A DNA stretch of 64,000 nucleotides, from the IMG/VR virus record IMGVR_UViG_3300028914_000001, positions 29,489-93,488 of that record. The stretch is one strand, 5' to 3'. Below the pieces are notes generated by a model. The model did no database searches and had not been told where the DNA came from. It worked only from the letters and a program-made list of their open reading frames with translations. The DNA comes from a virus. Its lineage: Duplodnaviria > Heunggongvirae > Uroviricota > Caudoviricetes. How positions within the stretch are numbered: position 1 is the stretch's first letter; each line of letters opens with the position of its first letter. Below, one piece after another: positions 61,957 through 64,000 of this stretch. Made by a program: the position numbers and the translations under genes.

Positions 61957-62460
61957 TTAAGCCTGTTTCTTGCTTGCCAGGTACTGTTGATATGCTGCAG
62001 CGGTTTTCGGGCCCCACTTGCCATCCACATCAAGATTTGCGCCAAGCTGCTTGTTCAGGAACGTCTGCCAACGCTGGATGCGCCCCCTCTGCTCTTCATT
62101 GTAAACAACATTGTGGTAATTACCACCAGCGACAGACTTTCCGGCATCGGTCATCGCTTTTAAATCGCCACGAGTCGCTTTGCCTGCACTGTTCTTTGTG
62201 TTCATCATCTTTTGAAGCATCTTATCATCCGTCTTCATGAGGTCCTTCATGCTCTGTTCTGCGAACATGTTGTTATCCTGGAAAGATGCGTTCTGCGTCC
62301 TATCTTGCGATGGAGCAGTTTGCTCAGGCTGTTCGTTACCGACAGGTTCTCCTTCGTCAGCTTCAAGGCAAGCCTTGAAACAATTCGTAACCGCTTCCAG
62401 CTGAGGTTTGCTCAAATTCAGTTGGGACGCATAATAATTAAACATATCTACATTGGACAT
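61957..62460 (-). CDS. protein with a C-terminal peptidoglycan-binding domain (PG_binding_1-like)
   Basis: LDVDGKWGPKTAAAYQQYL; GAAGGATACAACA RBS before the ATG at 62460. Confidence 0.55.
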   Translation of the reverse strand: MSNVDMFNYYASQLNLSKPQLEAVTNCFKACLEADEGEPVGNEQPEQTAPSQDRTQNASFQDNNMFAEQSMKDLMKTDDKMLQKMMNTKNSAGKATRGDLKAMTDAGKSVAGGNYHNVVYNEEQRGRIQRWQTFLNKQLGANLDVDGKWGPKTAAAYQQYLASKKQA

Positions 62461-62567
62461 TGTTGTATCCTTCAAGTGTAATTCTGCATATAGTTTATAT
62501 CATCGAAACATTCACCCAATATGCAAAAAAGGTTATAAACTATTGGTGAATATCACAATGGTATATT

Positions 62568-63401
62568 ATGGATTTCATTGAAGATTACAAAAATATGTTC
62601 GACCTGGTAGCAGACCTCCCAGAAGACGACCCTTGCGGCAGTTATACGAGCCTCATGAGGCCCGTCGAACTGAAAGAGACAGCGGAAGCAAAGAAGTTTA
62701 CTGGTGGGAAGGATGACGACAATCCAGCCAGCGCATCGTTCGTTGAAACCGAAGAAAAGAAGGATTTCAAGGAAGTGAAACCCAGCAAGGACACCGCCCT
62801 TAAACCAAAGGTGTCTGGTGCAGCTGAGGTCATGAAGAAGAACGGCGTTGTCACCGAAGTCGATATGCCCGAGGCTACAAAAGAAACTGTCAAAGAAGAA
62901 CTCACCAAAATCCGCAATGGCAATTCAGACGAAGCTTCGTGGGACAAGAAGGCAAATCAAGTCAAGAACATGTTCAACAACAATGTTGCAAAGATAGCAA
63001 AGCCTAGACAAACAAGAAACATCATCAACGCAGTCGCTGACCCCACTACCGACGACAAAAAGTTTCCGAAAATAAAGAACAACCCAGAATTCCTGAAAGT
63101 CAAGGACATACAGCCAGTAACCAAGGTGAAGGTTGAAAAGGTGAAGGCCGTGAACAACAATACGGTGGGCTATGACGAGCTTGATATCCCAGTCAACACT
63201 AAGTTCGTCTGCGACGACTGGGACGAGAACGCCGACGAGGCACTCCAGAAGTTCAGGGACATGGTGGACAAGATGAAGGGCATGGGAAAGTACACGGACG
63301 AATACAAAAACCGTTGTGCATCGCTCCTCCGCAAGTACAAGGACCTCCCGAAGCCTCAGTTCGAATCCCTCTGCAAGATGATGGAAAACGTAAACCGATA
63401 A
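62568..63401 (+). CDS. hypothetical Lys-rich protein (277 aa)
   Basis: Track ORF; TATATT lies immediately before the ATG. Confidence 0.5.
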   Translation: MDFIEDYKNMFDLVADLPEDDPCGSYTSLMRPVELKETAEAKKFTGGKDDDNPASASFVETEEKKDFKEVKPSKDTALKPKVSGAAEVMKKNGVVTEVDMPEATKETVKEELTKIRNGNSDEASWDKKANQVKNMFNNNVAKIAKPRQTRNIINAVADPTTDDKKFPKIKNNPEFLKVKDIQPVTKVKVEKVKAVNNNTVGYDELDIPVNTKFVCDDWDENADEALQKFRDMVDKMKGMGKYTDEYKNRCASLLRKYKDLPKPQFESLCKMMENVNR

Positions 63402-63421
63402 TCTAATTTACATTGGATAAA

Positions 63422-63455
63422 ACAAAAGCAATCGGATTTCCGATTGCTTTTTCAT
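63422..63455. terminator. bidirectional rho-independent terminator
   Basis: AAAAGCAATCGGA-tt-TCCGATTGCTTTTT. Confidence 0.7.
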
Positions 63456-63872
63456 TTAGGTTTGACTTGAACTCGTGTCGGCACAGATGTTTTCGTTTGA
63501 CAGCGCCGAACTCTTTCCGAGGACTGTACGTCCGGGTCCGCCCCAAGTTCCCACACGATATCCCATCTGGCTTTCCTTCGATGACGCAATCAAGTTCTTG
63601 ACCGTGGGGTCACCCGAAGCGATTTTGCTTTCTGGGAACCACTCTGAGTCGAAGTTGCCGTATCCAACTTCCTTCTTGCCCATAAGGCTAGGAAGGCGGT
63701 TTATCTGGCCCGTATGACGCCAGGGAATAGGAGACTCCGGGTTAGGCTTTGCGTTTACGTCGAAAGCAACCTGTTCAAAGCACGCCTTGTGTAGGCCAGC
63801 AATGCACTCGAACACGGCTGAATCCAGTCCTAGCGACTGTATTGTGTTGACGAATAATGAATGCCTACTCAT
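63456..63872 (-). CDS. hypothetical protein (138 aa)
   Basis: GGGGAAACCAA RBS followed by ATG (MSRHSLF...). Confidence 0.45.
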   Translation of the reverse strand: MSRHSLFVNTIQSLGLDSAVFECIAGLHKACFEQVAFDVNAKPNPESPIPWRHTGQINRLPSLMGKKEVGYGNFDSEWFPESKIASGDPTVKNLIASSKESQMGYRVGTWGGPGRTVLGKSSALSNENICADTSSSQT

Positions 63873-64000
63873 TTGGTTTCCCCTAGAAGCTGGAACCAGC
63901 ATCAGAAGTGTTAAACTGGAAGTTAACCGTGTCAAGACCTTCCGAATCAGATATGTTTCCACGGATATCGTGTATATGGCCGCACTTAGGGCCGTTGTTC

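Overview
The window is a densely packed piece of a large dsDNA phage genome, with no integrase or virion structural genes recognised. Most genes run on the minus strand from about 4.8 to 26.4 kb and from 29.3 to 57.3 kb, with smaller plus-strand blocks. Sigma70-type promoters recur roughly every 2-4 kb, with the consensus TTGACA-N16/17-TATATT and a TTAATTA motif nearby. Rho-independent terminators are frequent and are often bidirectional between convergent genes. Many gene pairs are translationally coupled through ATGA or TAATG overlaps. Recognisable products include: ClpX; RtcB RNA ligase next to a tRNA-like gene; a PTH2-family peptidyl-tRNA hydrolase; a NadR-like NMNAT/NR-kinase with the PnuC transporter; an SPFH/band-7 protein; a LemA plus TPM/YgcG pair; a QueC-like PP-loop ATPase with a radical-SAM enzyme; UDP-galactopyranose mutase with a DUF4422 protein and a GT2 glycosyltransferase; an M29 aminopeptidase; a metallophosphoesterase; an M15/LAS peptidase with an N-terminal membrane anchor; a GNAT acetyltransferase; an ASCH protein; a NUMOD3 DNA-binding protein; and a secreted trypsin-like protease. 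Two paralogous families of unknown function stand out. One has four members sharing the N-terminus M[KR]T[IV]R..[VT]FETNSSS.H, and two of them sit in the QueC/radical-SAM operon. The other has two members sharing a DGWGENGF motif. An iteron and DnaA-box-like array at about 3.5-3.9 kb looks like a replication origin. Coordinates taken from the supplied ORF track are exact. Coordinates of extra small ORFs and of DNA motifs were counted by hand and may be off by 1-2 nt. The track treats TTG/GTG as start codons; adjusted starts are given where a downstream ATG with a Shine-Dalgarno sequence fits better.
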